34,178 nucleotides of DNA, taken from NCBI RefSeq assembly GCF_001194135.2, contig NC_068993.1:14767530-14801707 (forward strand), in the 5' to 3' direction. Each line of letters opens with the position of its first letter. Position 1 is the stretch's first letter. Below the pieces are notes generated by a model. The model did not search any database, had not been told where the DNA came from, and saw only the letters and a list, made by a program, of their open reading frames with translations. The stretch comes from Octopus bimaculoides. Its lineage: Eukaryota. This document shows, piece after piece, positions 10,743 through 22,655 of this stretch. A program made the translations under genes and the position numbers.

Positions 10743-10991
10743 TGTACATTATTTTCATTGGACGTATATGTGCCCTCATCATTTTTGTTGTTACTACAAG
10801 TTTTCGGCTGATTTACTCTCCAGGCTTCAACAGATGTCCTGGTTCAATTTGAGTAATGTTCAAAACTCCACCAAAATTCCACCAGGACACCTGATGAAGG
10901 CAGTAGAGTAAATCAGCCGAAATGTTGTGGTAACAACAAACAAAATGGGGGGCACATGTTCGTCCAACGTAAATACTCTAAATAATGTACA
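10743..10991. mobile_element. Palindromic element with hammerhead-like cores; probable Penelope-type pseudo-LTR inverted pair
   Basis: Arms 10743-10842 and 10882-10991 are imperfect reverse complements around a 39-nt spacer. The right arm has CTGATGA(10891-10897)-A-GGC...GCC-GAAA(10919-10922)-TGTTG...CAACA. Confidence 0.6.
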
Positions 10992-11394
10992 GAATGACTC
11001 ATTTATATAGAACAGATACCCATTGAATGTATATTTTGGAACACAGACTGTTACCTCAACTAAGAAATGATATAAGTATCAAGGTAACCTCATACGTAAT
11101 GCTTGAGGTTTGAGTTATCAAACATTGAAAAGTGATAGATCATTTACCGGGTTGTTTTAGCATATAATTCGACAAACCACTGTTTCTATAAGATCTTTGT
11201 TTCTTAATTATCAAAGACTAAATTATAGGTTCTATGTTCACAATTTGTTCACAATATATATTCCGGCGGAAAAATTGTGTGTTCCAACATGGAAATATTC
11301 AGTCGTTCTCTCGGAAATTCTCAGGTTTCAATATGAAGAGTTTTATCGTATTTTAATAAATATATTTTAATGCTCCCGTGTCCGAATGCCAGCG

Positions 11395-11580
11395 TGTTGG
11401 GAGAATCGTTAGAACGCCAGGCAAAATGCTCAAAGGCAATCCGTCCCTAATGGAATACTGAGTTCAAATTTTGTTGAGATTCATTTACCCTTTTATTCCT
11501 CGCGGTTGGTAAATTAAGTACCAGTTAAGCACTTGGTGGATGTTATCAACTTACACTTTCCCCGAATAATTATGAAGCAT
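11395..11580 (+). mobile_element. SINE family A, diverged
   Basis: gagaatcgttagaacgccaggcaaaatgct...ctgagttcaaatt...ggtaaattaagtaccagttaagcact. Confidence 0.8.
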
Positions 11581-12284
11581 GCAATTTTTTTTTTGGGGGG
11601 GAGTAGTTCACGCTTAACACTTTCTATAGCGACTCTTTTCTACAATAAACATGATCAGTAAGTCATTGAACTATCACATAGTAAACTGTGTGTAACTGCC
11701 ATTGCTTTCAGGGGTATTCGAACACTTAATGGTAACTATTCAATTATGTTAAGATTAAGCATTGAAGTAGTTGTTTAGTCGAATAAATATTATGAATTTG
11801 AATAGTTAGCATAATATAAAGCTACCAGAAGAGCAACTAATATCTAACTACCGTAAATATGAAGACAAACAGGCATTAAGGACATTTGAGATTCAGAAAA
11901 GTGTTACTATTCTAACGGAATTCAAATTAGTGGCACTACCATTCTAGCAATTGCTGGATACATATAATATATTATGGATATTACAAGCACAATTCAAAAG
12001 CAGATTGTCAAAATATATGGAACACAACCACATACAAACTAAAAGATAAAGCATTTATTCACATATATTAACTTAGAAAAAAGAAGATGGCTTGACTCAA
12101 TGAAAGAAAAGGCGAAAGAAAGCAGAAAGAATATGAAATGGATAGGTCTGCATGCTCAACTTTTAGTGTATATGACTCATCATCATAACTGATATATTGC
12201 AAGATGCCAAAATATAAAGACAGTTGGATTACGTGAGCTTAAGGTGATTATCCTGGCAGGCACCTCGCTGAAAATTGATGCGTG

Positions 12285-12662
12285 CACACACACAGATATA
12301 CACACACACGTATACACACACATTATATACCACACACATACATACACATATACACAGCCACGAATACATATATATTTATTGAATGTATGTTTGTCTGTGT
12401 ATATGTACATACATATATATATGTATTTGTGTGTGTGGGTGTATGTTTGGGGGTGCGTGTGTGTGAGTATGTGTGTGTGTGCGCACGTGAGTTTTCTTAT
12501 GTTTCTAATTCGGTTGAATTTTCTGTAAGTCGAGCGATTTATGAAATAAGAATTTCCGAAAGGAATGAATTTAAGACTTAAATTAATATGCCAATAAAAA
12601 AAGAAACAATTAACAATTTCGCCTTTAGATATATACTATTCATATGTTTTTATGTTTTGTAG

Positions 12663-12697
<35 letters not shown>

Positions 12698-12779
12698 ATA
12701 TATATACATATATATACACACACATATATATAGATACATCCATACATAAATATATATGTACGTGTATATATACATATAT
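12285..12779. repeat. Compound (AC)/(AT)/(GT) microsatellite fields (12285-12485 and 12663-12779)
   Basis: Direct reading. It explains the His/Thr/Tyr/Ile-rich ORFs. Confidence 0.9.
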
Positions 12780-13410
12780 NNNNNNNNNNNNNNNNNNNNN
12801 NNNNNNNNNNNNNNNNNNNNNNNNNNNNNNNNNNNNNNNNNNNNNNNNNNNNNNNNNNNNNNNNNNNNNNNNNNNNNNNNNNNNNNNNNNNNNNNNNNNN
12901 NNNNNNNNNNNNNNNNNNNNNNNNNNNNNNNNNNNNNNNNNNNNNNNNNNNNNNNNNNNNNNNNNNNNNNNNNNNNNNNNNNNNNNNNNNNNNNNNNNNN
13001 NNNNNNNNNNNNNNNNNNNNNNNNNNNNNNNNNNNNNNNNNNNNNNNNNNNNNNNNNNNNNNNNNNNNNNNNNNNNNNNNNNNNNNNNNNNNNNNNNNNN
13101 NNNNNNNNNNNNNNNNNNNNNNNNNNNNNNNNNNNNNNNNNNNNNNNNNNNNNNNNNNNNNNNNNNNNNNNNNNNNNNNNNNNNNNNNNNNNNNNNNNNN
13201 NNNNNNNNNNNNNNNNNNNNNNNNNNNNNNNNNNNNNNNNNNNNNNNNNNNNNNNNNNNNNNNNNNNNNNNNNNNNNNNNNNNNNNNNNNNNNNNNNNNN
13301 NNNNNNNNNNNNNNNNNNNNNNNNNNNNNNNNNNNNNNNNNNNNNNNNNNNNNNNNNNNNNNNNNNNNNNNNNNNNNNNNNNNNNNNNNNNNNNNNNNNN
13401 NNNNNNNNNN
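12780..13410. other. Assembly gap (631 N)
   Basis: N run. Confidence 1.
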
Positions 13411-13537
13411 CGATGAGATGTCTTAGAAAGTTAAAGAAGTGATTTTAAATTCTCAAACGCAGGATAATGCTAATAATATAACCTGTACACGATAACCTAC
13501 CCTTATTTTGGCAGAAAAAAAGTGTTGGCGGCCAGCT

Positions 13538-13580
<43 letters not shown>

Positions 13581-14109
13581 CGCACATGCACACAATTGAA
13601 AGAGAGTGACATCATGATATTCGGTTAGGATCCGGGCATTCAGAAAGAATTCGTCTCAGCGCCATATGACATTCAGCTAAGAGAATGTAGTATAGATCAA
13701 CATCATCAGATTTTTGCAGACGCTGAAGAGAGATTTTGAAGGGGAAATTAATATGACTTCTTGAATATGATATTTATGTCTCTGCGTGTTTTATATATTT
13801 ACATGCTTGCTTCGCCTAACGCTCATAGTTTTTAAGGTAGCTTATGTTTTGTCATTTTATCTGCATTCTACTGAGTGCCACATCACAGCGACATCAGTTG
13901 TTTACGATAGATAGTGTATATTATAGAGTCGACGAAAAGATGGTTTTAGTCGTTATAATATATTATGTGCTACTATGACACAGCAATAGTTACAATGTTG
14001 GAATGTAACCAATATGATGGTGTTAGAATACAAATGATTTTGCATGACCGATATGAGTTTTCTTAGACAGTAATGTCTACTGCTTGATGGGATACCAACA
14101 TGCTTATAT

Positions 14110-14335
14110 GGTGTTACATACGGGATACCAGCGTCAAGGGACTTCAGAAAGAAGACTAACCACTGGTGACAAAATATGACAGTTCATTTTCAAATCGGTG
14201 CATACCTCACCCTTGTGGGTGGTGTGAAGTTTCTCACAGAGGAAGAGCGTTCATTGAAGATAAAATAGTGAAGTTAAAGATTATCCATATGATACTGAAA
14301 AATCATCTCCATGCTCGCGGTGTCACTAGATGAAT
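14110..14335 (+). mobile_element. Possible highly decayed mariner-type transposase N-terminal fragment
   Basis: Across frameshifts the translation gives FKSVHTS / PCGWCEVS / TEE / IIHMILKNHLHARGVTR*I. This loosely parallels mariner FKxGRTS..PRSGRP..IHxILxxHLxMRKVxARWV. The resemblance is by eye only. Confidence 0.25.
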
Positions 14336-15679
14336 TGAGTCGGAACATTTAAATAAACTCTCGGTAATTTAATGCAGTTTATATTATCTTATATTGTAGA
14401 ATATTTTTCTTTCCTGTTGGGGAATGAGTGACCATGCGAATAGAAGCTTTATTTTCAAAATATTTCAGCTGGCGACCAACATTAAAGCTTATACGCAATA
14501 TAAGTTCTAACTATACACTTGTACGCTATGATTTTTACACCGAATATATCCCTTTAACATGCAATTATCAGTTACTGTACGATTATATTATAACTTATTG
14601 TTTATAATATTGGTCATATGTTAACAATATTCCAGTTTATTAAACAGCCTAAATAAAGTCTTCTAAATGACAAAAAGGCTTGAATCGCCTAAAAACCTTT
14701 CAAATAATTACTACCGTTTTCATAAGTTGTTACTGCAATAGTTAGTAAGTTAATTAACTAAACCTTATTTTAAATTCGACACTGCAAAAAATGTATGCAA
14801 ATATTTATTTCACAGTGCTCAATATTCGTGTTTGATAAATTGCTCCTTACATTTATCTTATTACAAATGTACCAGACATCGTATAGTTTTGCTTTGTGTG
14901 CTTTTTTTCTTTTTCACATTTTATGGACGCTATAACTTTACCAACTATTGCTAAATCTCATCGAATACTTGTAGACACATCTATCAATACTGCTGTATTT
15001 CAGTTTCCATTATAAATCTTTATACATCATTTCGTGAATCTGAAATATTCGCATTGTGCAAAGTCGATGAATGATATTCTCTGTTAGCAAACATGGCATC
15101 GAGACGTGCAATTACTTACATTGACCAATATATATTCAACCTACAACTATTATCACTAATGGCTGCTTGCATATTGAACCGCATGCTTCCTACATATAAA
15201 ATAAAACTGCTTTGCCTTTCATCGGCGTACGATTAAGAAGAAAAAAACGCAATCCCAATTTAAAGGTATGTTTATATCTCTGCATTACTATTTGATACAC
15301 TGTGTCTATGAATATGTCAATGAGTGAATGCTTTTGCGATGTAGACTAGCTGCGTGAGATCACGTTATATATAGAATCATTTTCTTACTGTACGTTGTTC
15401 TTTTGTTCTGTACATCAGCGTGTTGGTCAGCATTTCCATTTCCTGAAACGTAAATGAGAAATGTGCCATTTAGAGAGAGCTCATATATCATGTGTGTGTG
15501 GGAATAAATGAGCTAAATTGAGCAGCTATTTGAGATAAGGTGTACATATATAATAACCCTGCCTATTTTTTTCATATCATAGTAGTGTTCACATATTATC
15601 ACTAGCGACACATAATATGAGTAGTAGTATTTTAGGACGATATTCACTCATGCATTTGTAACTTCGAATGTAAGGAGAA

Positions 15680-15930
15680 TACATACATACATACATACAT
15701 ACATACATACATACAAGAAAACCTAATTTCCTACGGACTCACGCAAACACAAAAATTGGTAGAAGGAAAAGGACACATAGAATGCAATACCTGAGTAGGA
15801 TATATATTTTATTTTAATCGACAATTAAAATAATACGACTCAAGAAACGAGTTTCGTAATAGCGCTTATCATGGCCGAAACATTTGAGTATTGACACGTT
15901 GTATCATCTCCGATTAACATATGAATAATC

Positions 15931-15968
<38 letters not shown>

Positions 15969-16050
15969 TATAGATAGATAGATATATAGATAGATAGATA
16001 AACAGAAAGATAGATAGACAGACATACAGATAGATAGATAGATAGATATG
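15680..16050. repeat. (ACAT)n (15680-15713) and (AGAT)n (15932-16050) microsatellites
   Basis: Direct reading. It explains the IYLS-repeat ORFs. Confidence 0.95.
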
Positions 16051-17191
16051 CATACCTGTACAGAAAAGTGAGATGTTCAACGGGGTGGAGTAATACTATA
16101 AAACTACAAGTATTATCTATCACATGCTATGAGAGTGAAACCATATGTCCTCCATAAGTACTTAGCTTTCAGTATATTGCGATATCATTTTGAATGTAAA
16201 TTTTGTTTTTATTTCAACAAAACTTTCTTGCTAATTGTTTTATTATCACTATCCTATCGCCAATGCGGCTAAATAATGTTTATCGTATTACGTTATTGCA
16301 TTATGGTATTAGATTTCGGTATTCTATACTTAACGAAAAAAAACAAAGTCAGTTACTTCTTATAACAATTTAATTACGGAGACCATTCACATCGCTAGTG
16401 GTATACCTCTTCATACTGAAGAGATTAAACCGACAGAACATGTAATACAAAACTAAGTATTTAATCAAATATAAATTCTACTAAGTTACTTGAATATTAA
16501 ACTTAGTGAGATAACAAAATATAATTTGTTTAAATCGCTTAATATATTATTATCATTGATTGAAAACTATTAAGTTATATAAGGTCCTCTGTTCGTTCTC
16601 CTTAATCTACAGTCTCACAGCCATACACATACACGCATACACACACACACACGCAAATACTCACACACACACAAAGACATACATAGATACCACAATACAT
16701 ACAGACATGAAGAAATCAATTACTATGTAAGAAGTAAACAGTGGAAACGAATTGCCGGATTAGTTATATCCCCCGGCGATAATTCACAATATCGGTAAAG
16801 GTATTATTTACACTTTCTTATATCTGCGACAATACATCCTATGTATTCATGAGCCTATCTTCGATTAAAAGGGCCAACCAACTCCTAGTAAGGCCGAAAT
16901 GTATCTGCCTTTCTTCGCAACTATTTTTGGGACATGTTTCGTCTCCTTCCAAAATACACAGTGTTAGCATATGCATGAGAGATTTCTTCTTCTTATCTCG
17001 GATATCTTGCTAGTCAACGCTGAATATATATTTTATATATATTTATATTTCATATGTTACGATTCTAAGTAATGTTATTTTCTTTTTATGAAGTTTGGTA
17101 TAGAACTGTTACATGTGTTACACCTCAAAGCAAATGTATTTTCCCTTTGTGAAGTGACGTTTTGTACAGAAGAATTTTAAATCCATAAATA

Positions 17192-18050
17192 ATGACACCT
17201 GAAACTACAAGCAAAAACACCACAGGAAAATAGACCATCATTTGGAAGAAAGTTTCATAAAGCTAGTGCAAGGCAGCTAAAAAGGGAGGGTGAACATGAA
17301 GAGCAGCAACAAGAAAAACGCCAAAAAGAAAGAAAAAGAACAGCGGAATCGAGGCAAACTGAATCAGAAGAACGAAGATATCAAAGGTGTTCTGATGATA
17401 GGACAATGAAGGCAACTATTCGTGAAAAGGAATCAGCTGCACGAAAATCATCAAGACAGCAAATGCTCAAAATGGGCGTGAAGACACTGAATCTGAAACA
17501 ACTCAAAGGCTATGTAAACAGAGAACAAGAACAGAAGATTTACGATTTACAAATGTTGCCGAGCGGAATTTTGCTGCTCTTAGTTACAATCCAAACTAAG
17601 ACTTAGAACATTTAATTCAAATTCTCTCAATGATTGTGTTGTTCAAATGGAAACATCAAATGGAAACTATTGCCTTGAAGGAACTGTTGATTGGTAGGAC
17701 TACTCAAACAAGACATTCTCTTCGAAATATACAGAAGTACAATAATGCATTCCAAATAATGCATTCTGGTGCAAATGTCATACATTACGGTGGATTTATG
17801 CTCATTTTCAAGATACAAGGTCAAGTGTACCATAGAATTGGACCACTCCAGCAACTTTCTTTCAGAAGAAAGAAAAACATTTACAAGTGTATTTCATAGG
17901 TGATATGAAAACGCAAGCACAAACAAGATATGAAAGGAATAATAAAATAAAGTATGAAATCATATTAAAACTCCAAAACATGGTTCATACAGGAAACATG
18001 TTAGAAGGTTCAAACATGCCCTACAAAATGAACCTGTAGAAATAAGAGTC
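17192..18050 (+). mobile_element. Helitron RepHel N-terminal fragment, frameshifted and decayed
   Basis: A charged helical stretch (EQQQEKRQKERKRTAESRQTESEERR) is followed by AALSYNP. Then come RNIQKYNNAFQ...GGFMLIFKIQGQVYHRIGPL, LQVYFIGD..Q.QTR and IILKLQNMVH..RFKHAL. These match conserved N-terminal RepHel motifs (RNIRxYNxAFQM, FKIQGQVYHRIGSL, LQIYF). No HUH Rep core or PIF1 helicase part is present. Confidence 0.88.
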
Positions 18051-18232
18051 AAAACAAGTCAGTTGCTGCAGGAGCACTCTCTTAATGAATGGAAAGGGAG
18101 ACAGTCTCCTTAACGGACATGGTCATATCGCCGGTGATTTCGAATTTTAATGTTAGAACATCTTAATTCTCATCGGTGTTTCTTATGCGCCTAGGGTTAA
18201 ACGCAACTCACCAGGTCAGCTTATGTATAAAT

Positions 18233-18345
18233 ACATGTATGTGTGTGTGTTGTGTGTGTGTGTGTGTGTGTATGTGTGTGTGTGTGTGGGTGTGTTTGTG
18301 TGTGTGTTTGTATGTGTCTGTGTGTGCATGTGTGGGTGTACAGGT
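18233..18345. repeat. Imperfect (GT)n microsatellite
   Basis: Direct reading. Confidence 0.95.
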
Positions 18346-19109
18346 ATGCAGGAGGATAAATAATATATGAAATAATATAACTGATTCTTAGTAACAATGA
18401 ACTGCTTAAATGTTAACAGTTACCGCTAAAATATAGTCACTTGTTTATATTACAGACATATACCTATAGGCATAACTTAACAAATACATTTCTATGTAGA
18501 TCACTTATGATTATTAAATATATCTTGGACCGAAATTGTAGATGTTTGAATTTTGTAGTTCCCTATCGACATTTTTATTAATATTTAATTTTAAACGTTT
18601 AAAATTAAATTCGAATATTTATAGACATAATTCTGAATATTTATGCAGAAGTACTTAAAATATAATCACGTGTTGGATGTCAAAATCACAAAGACATACT
18701 TTATTACTACTTTAACCCTTATCTGATTCAATGAAATATAATTTTCCTAAAATTCATATTTTAGACAATTAACTATAGTTAAGTTTAGTGAATCTAGCAT
18801 ACGCCTACAAAATATATGTACTGAGCTAATATAGATATTCTACAAAATAATGGAACCATGAGGGATTTCCCACTGTTTTTCAGTCGAAGAGTTTTCAGTT
18901 TGTGGAAAATAAAACATTCTAGTTGTTGCGTGAAGTATACATATTGGAAAGAAATAATGTTTTCATATAAATTATTATAACAAATTGGCCAATGAATTTT
19001 AGTAAATGAACAGTGATACACTTCCTCCGAATGCTCTCTACAGTATGTGACATTTTAGTCAAACTTCCTAAACATGTGGCTAGGACTATTATATTAGGGT
19101 AATTGAAAT

Positions 19110-19222
19110 GAAACCGAGCAAAGCAACGGAATGGTAGGAGGGGCCTACTCAGAGTGCCGCATAGTGAGTCGAATTCCAAAGAACGCATCTACGATGAGAA
19201 GTTGTTAACCACATAACCTATG
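19110..19222 (-). mobile_element. SINE family B head fragment, strongly diverged
   Basis: The reverse complement ggttatgtggttaacaactt...ggaattcgactcactatgcggcactctgagtagg parallels the 20641 head ggctgtgtggtaa...gggttcagtcccactgcgtggcatcttgggcaag. Confidence 0.55.
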
Positions 19223-19831
19223 CCCTCGATGCATTTTAAAGAGTTTATACACATATGTTTGAAATATTTTCTGACTTCAACTATCAGTTTATCTAATGGT
19301 ATCTCTTTCCAGAAGTATGTGATGTGTTTTATTCAAACTAGTGCAGTAATATTTATTTCTCTGAATGATATACAACAACCGCAGTCAGTGCTTGGTGACT
19401 CTGACTCGAGAGCTATACGGCAGAGAGAGGCAATCGCGTGCTGATATAATGGATATGCATGGCTGAGGTATTTATTATGTTTTGAAGTTTTCGGGTATTC
19501 GCATAATTCGGCGATTGACAGATAGACAGAAATGTGTTCTCACCCGAAACGTTGAAACTGAAGAATATGTCGAAGATGCGTCACATTCCCTGGATAATAA
19601 AATAACATTTATTCTTAAAATTCACCCGCCACAATTACCCTGCGTTTTATCACAAAATTTGTTGTGAAGAATTTGACCGTCGAGAATACATTTTTAAGAT
19701 AGGTCTGAAAATTAGATACGAAAGGAATACAGTTTTCATTGGTTATTTTTATTCATTTACATAATTTTCTCAATATTTTTGTGAGGTCTTCAATGCACTG
19801 CTCTCGCTACAATATATAATGGATATCTAAA

Positions 19832-20048
19832 GCAGCGAGCTGCCAGAAACATTAGCACGCCGGGCGAAATGCTTAGCAGTATGTCGTCTGTCATTATGTT
19901 CTGAGTTCAAATTCCACCAAGGTCGACTTTAGCTTTCATCCTTTCAAGGTCGATAAATTAAGTACCAGTCGCGTACTGGAGTCGATCTAATCGACTGGTC
20001 CCCTCCGCAAAAAATTTCAAGCATTGTGCTTATAGAAGAAAAGAATAT
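19832..20048 (+). mobile_element. SINE family A, best-preserved copy
   Basis: gcagcgagctgccagaaacattagcacgccgggcgaaatgcttagc...ttctgagttcaaattccaccaaggtcgactttagctttcatcctttcaaggtcgataaattaagtaccagt. It has B-box-like GTTCAAATTC. Confidence 0.95.
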
Positions 20049-20254
20049 ATAGTGTATTTCATTTGAATTCACAGAATATTGGGACTTGGCGATTTCTTGG
20101 AAACCATCACACGTGATATAGAAACCCAAGGAAACTCTCTGCTGTTTGTAACTAACATTTATGTCGAAGTATGTTATTTCTTTTAATGTACAACTAAATT
20201 ACAAATCTAAACTGGATATCATTGCAGATATCTTACCAGTCCCGCAAAAGCGAT

Positions 20255-20375
20255 TGATGTAATATGAACCAGTCTTTAAAACACAAATAAGTATTTGTGC
20301 TGATTGATTCGAGTAACGTTCTGCAAGACAGTGATCCAGCAAGGGTTACAGTCGAATGACACATTCAGATAACAA
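20255..20375 (+). mobile_element. SINE family B 3' fragment, diverged
   Basis: aatatgaaccagtctttaaaacacaaataagtatttgtgctgattgattcgagtaa...gtgatccagcaagggttacagtcgaatgac aligns by eye to 20933-21030. Confidence 0.55.
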
Positions 20376-20640
20376 ATAACAGATATATTTGTTCATTTCA
20401 AAAATAGCTAATCACAAACATGACACGAAATCATAATGTCGAGTAATATGAATGTAGAAAGTATCTTACAAAGAATTAATACCTCGAAATCTAACACGCA
20501 TATCTTATTAAATTGCTGACCCTTACGGTTCTGGTACAAGTATGCGAGTTAGCGGTTTCTCATTTCGTTCTAATCTAATCTAATCGAATCTAATCTGAGA
20601 CTGCGATATTTTGTTCGTTCTGATGTAAGAAAAATAACTA

Positions 20641-21052
20641 AGCAGGAGTGGCTGTGTGGTAAATAGCTTGCTTACCAACCACATGGTTCCGGGTTCAGTC
20701 CCACTGCGTGGCATCTTGGGCAAGTGTCTTCTGCTATAGCCTCGGGCCGACCAAAGCCTTGTGAGTGGATTTGGTAGACGGAAACTGAAAGAAGCCTGTC
20801 GTATATATGTATATATATATGTGTGTGTGTTTGTGTGCCTGTGTTTGTCCCCCCCAACATCGCTTGACAACCTATGCTGGTGGTGTGTTTACGTCCCCGC
20901 AAGCTAGCGGTTTGGCAAAATAGACCGATAGAATAAGTACTAGGCTTACAAAGAATAAGTCCTGGGGTCGATTTGCTCGACTAAAAAAAGGTGGTGCTCC
21001 AGCATGGCCGCAGTCAAAGGACTGAAAAAAGTAAAAGAGTAAAAGAGTAAAG
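20641..21052 (+). mobile_element. SINE family B, apparently full length
   Basis: The tRNA-like head has A-box-like TGGCTGTGTGGTAA and B-box-like GGTTCAGTCCC. It continues with a ttgggcaagtgtcttc segment, an internal (AT)/(GT) microsatellite, a 3' module and a (GTAAAAGA)n tail. Confidence 0.95.
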
Positions 21053-21227
21053 CAGCTTTACTGAAACAACAAAGAACATAAAATGAACCAGGGCCATTTC
21101 AAATTCTAAAATTTTCTTGGCGACAGAAACGGAAACACGTGGCTATTTTCACCGAGAACGTCAAAATGTACGTGTACTGAAGAAAACCTTTACGAAAAGC
21201 TATCAACATGTATACGCATTCGTCGTG

Positions 21228-21503
21228 CATACCAAAATCTATATACGGGTCGACCTAGATATGCTCAACCATCTCTCTGAAACAATAAAATAACCCTGCT
21301 AGTATCCTTCGATGTAGTCAGCCTGTCATTTAATATCCCCCATAACCTAGGAATAGAGACAATTCAGTCCCGGATAGAGAATTACTCCAATGAACTCCAC
21401 ACGGCTTCATAAAATAATTCGTAATAGAAGAGCTAAAATTCATCTTGGACAATAACATCTTCACATTCAGTATCAACTACTATCGACAAAAATCGAAGAC
21501 TCC
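21228..21503 (+). mobile_element. Penelope-like element (PLE) reverse-transcriptase fragment, frameshifted
   Basis: HTKIYIRVDLDMLNHLSETIK / TLLVSFDVVSLSFNIPHNLGIETI / FVIEELKFILDNNIFTFSINYYRQKS. This matches the PLE RT motif xSFDVxSL(Y/F)TNIP and the following NNYFxFxxxYYxQ segment. It ends before the GxxMG motif. Confidence 0.85.
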
Positions 21504-21701
21504 TTTATCAACCTAGCCAGAAATCCCTGTTTATTGTAAGGTACAATAAAAATACTGAAATTCATTCTTCCTTTACATAGAAAATAGCTCAGTAATATTG
21601 AAAACGATAGAGATAGTTAGAACATTCGCTACACAAGAATTTATTCAAAACCATTCCTAATGCTGTACTACAAGCATAACAGGTTACTCTGAGATCACTT
21701 A

Positions 21702-21989
21702 NNNNNNNNNNNNNNNNNNNNNNNNNNNNNNNNNNNNNNNNNNNNNNNNNNNNNNNNNNNNNNNNNNNNNNNNNNNNNNNNNNNNNNNNNNNNNNNNNNN
21801 NNNNNNNNNNNNNNNNNNNNNNNNNNNNNNNNNNNNNNNNNNNNNNNNNNNNNNNNNNNNNNNNNNNNNNNNNNNNNNNNNNNNNNNNNNNNNNNNNNNN
21901 NNNNNNNNNNNNNNNNNNNNNNNNNNNNNNNNNNNNNNNNNNNNNNNNNNNNNNNNNNNNNNNNNNNNNNNNNNNNNNNNNNNNNNNNN
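21702..21989. other. Assembly gap (288 N)
   Basis: N run. Confidence 1.
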
Positions 21990-22154
21990 ATTATTTCTTT
22001 TTTTCCATCTAATCCTCCCTCTTCTTCGCTTTCTCCTTCTTCGGCCACTGCTTGAACAATCAAACTTCATAACCAAATATACTTTTGCACCCATAAACAC
22101 AATTTTTCAGATCTGCCACTGCCTACCTTACGAACTTACATAAAGGAAGAGACA

Positions 22155-22610
22155 AACAGACAGACAGACAGGCAGACAGAGTGAGAGATTGAAAGACAGA
22201 ATGAGACAAGAAAAGGAAAATGGCCTACCTATTTGAAGAATATGGAAATATTTACAAAAGATTAAATGTGTTCTTTAGTTTAATTGTGTTTCTCCTTAAT
22301 TGCTATCCACCTTTCTTTTATACTTAGTTGAAAAATTCGAAAAGACAGGAACCGGTACTAAACATTAAAAAATGTATCTCATGATAAAATTATTTTAGCA
22401 TTTTCTACCTTTACTTATTTTCCTATATACATAAATACATACATACATACATACATACATGCATATGTGTGTCTCTGCGTGTGTGTGTGTGTACATATAT
22501 CAGTCTATATATTGAATTATTAATACAACAGTGTGTGTATCTGTATGTATATATATTTATATATTTATTTATATATTTAGATAGATAGATAGATAGATAG
22601 ATAGATATAT

Positions 22611-22655
<45 letters not shown>
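22155..22655. repeat. (GACA)n, (ACAT)n, (GT)n and (AGAT)n microsatellites
   Basis: Direct reading at 22155-22200, 22425-22495 and 22578-22655. Confidence 0.9.

Noticed and set aside
11815-12050. About 75-codon plus frame with one stop (KLPEEQLISNYRKYEDKQALRTF...)
   Set aside because: It has no recognisable family motif and its length is compatible with chance or an unidentifiable old TE.
13615-13690. Possible tRNA-like SINE head (tcggttaggatccgggcattcag)
   Set aside because: No SINE body follows and the similarity is too short.
20641-20715. tRNA gene
   Set aside because: This is the tRNA-like SINE head with A/B boxes. There is no complete cloverleaf or acceptor stem, and it continues into the SINE body.
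20580-20902. ORFs such as ...RLPNPLTRLWSARGYSRRHLPKMPRSGTEPGTMW...
   Set aside because: They are antisense translations of SINE family B. The same peptide recurs at 26640-26888, and the ORF at 18919-19188 starts in the diverged family B head.
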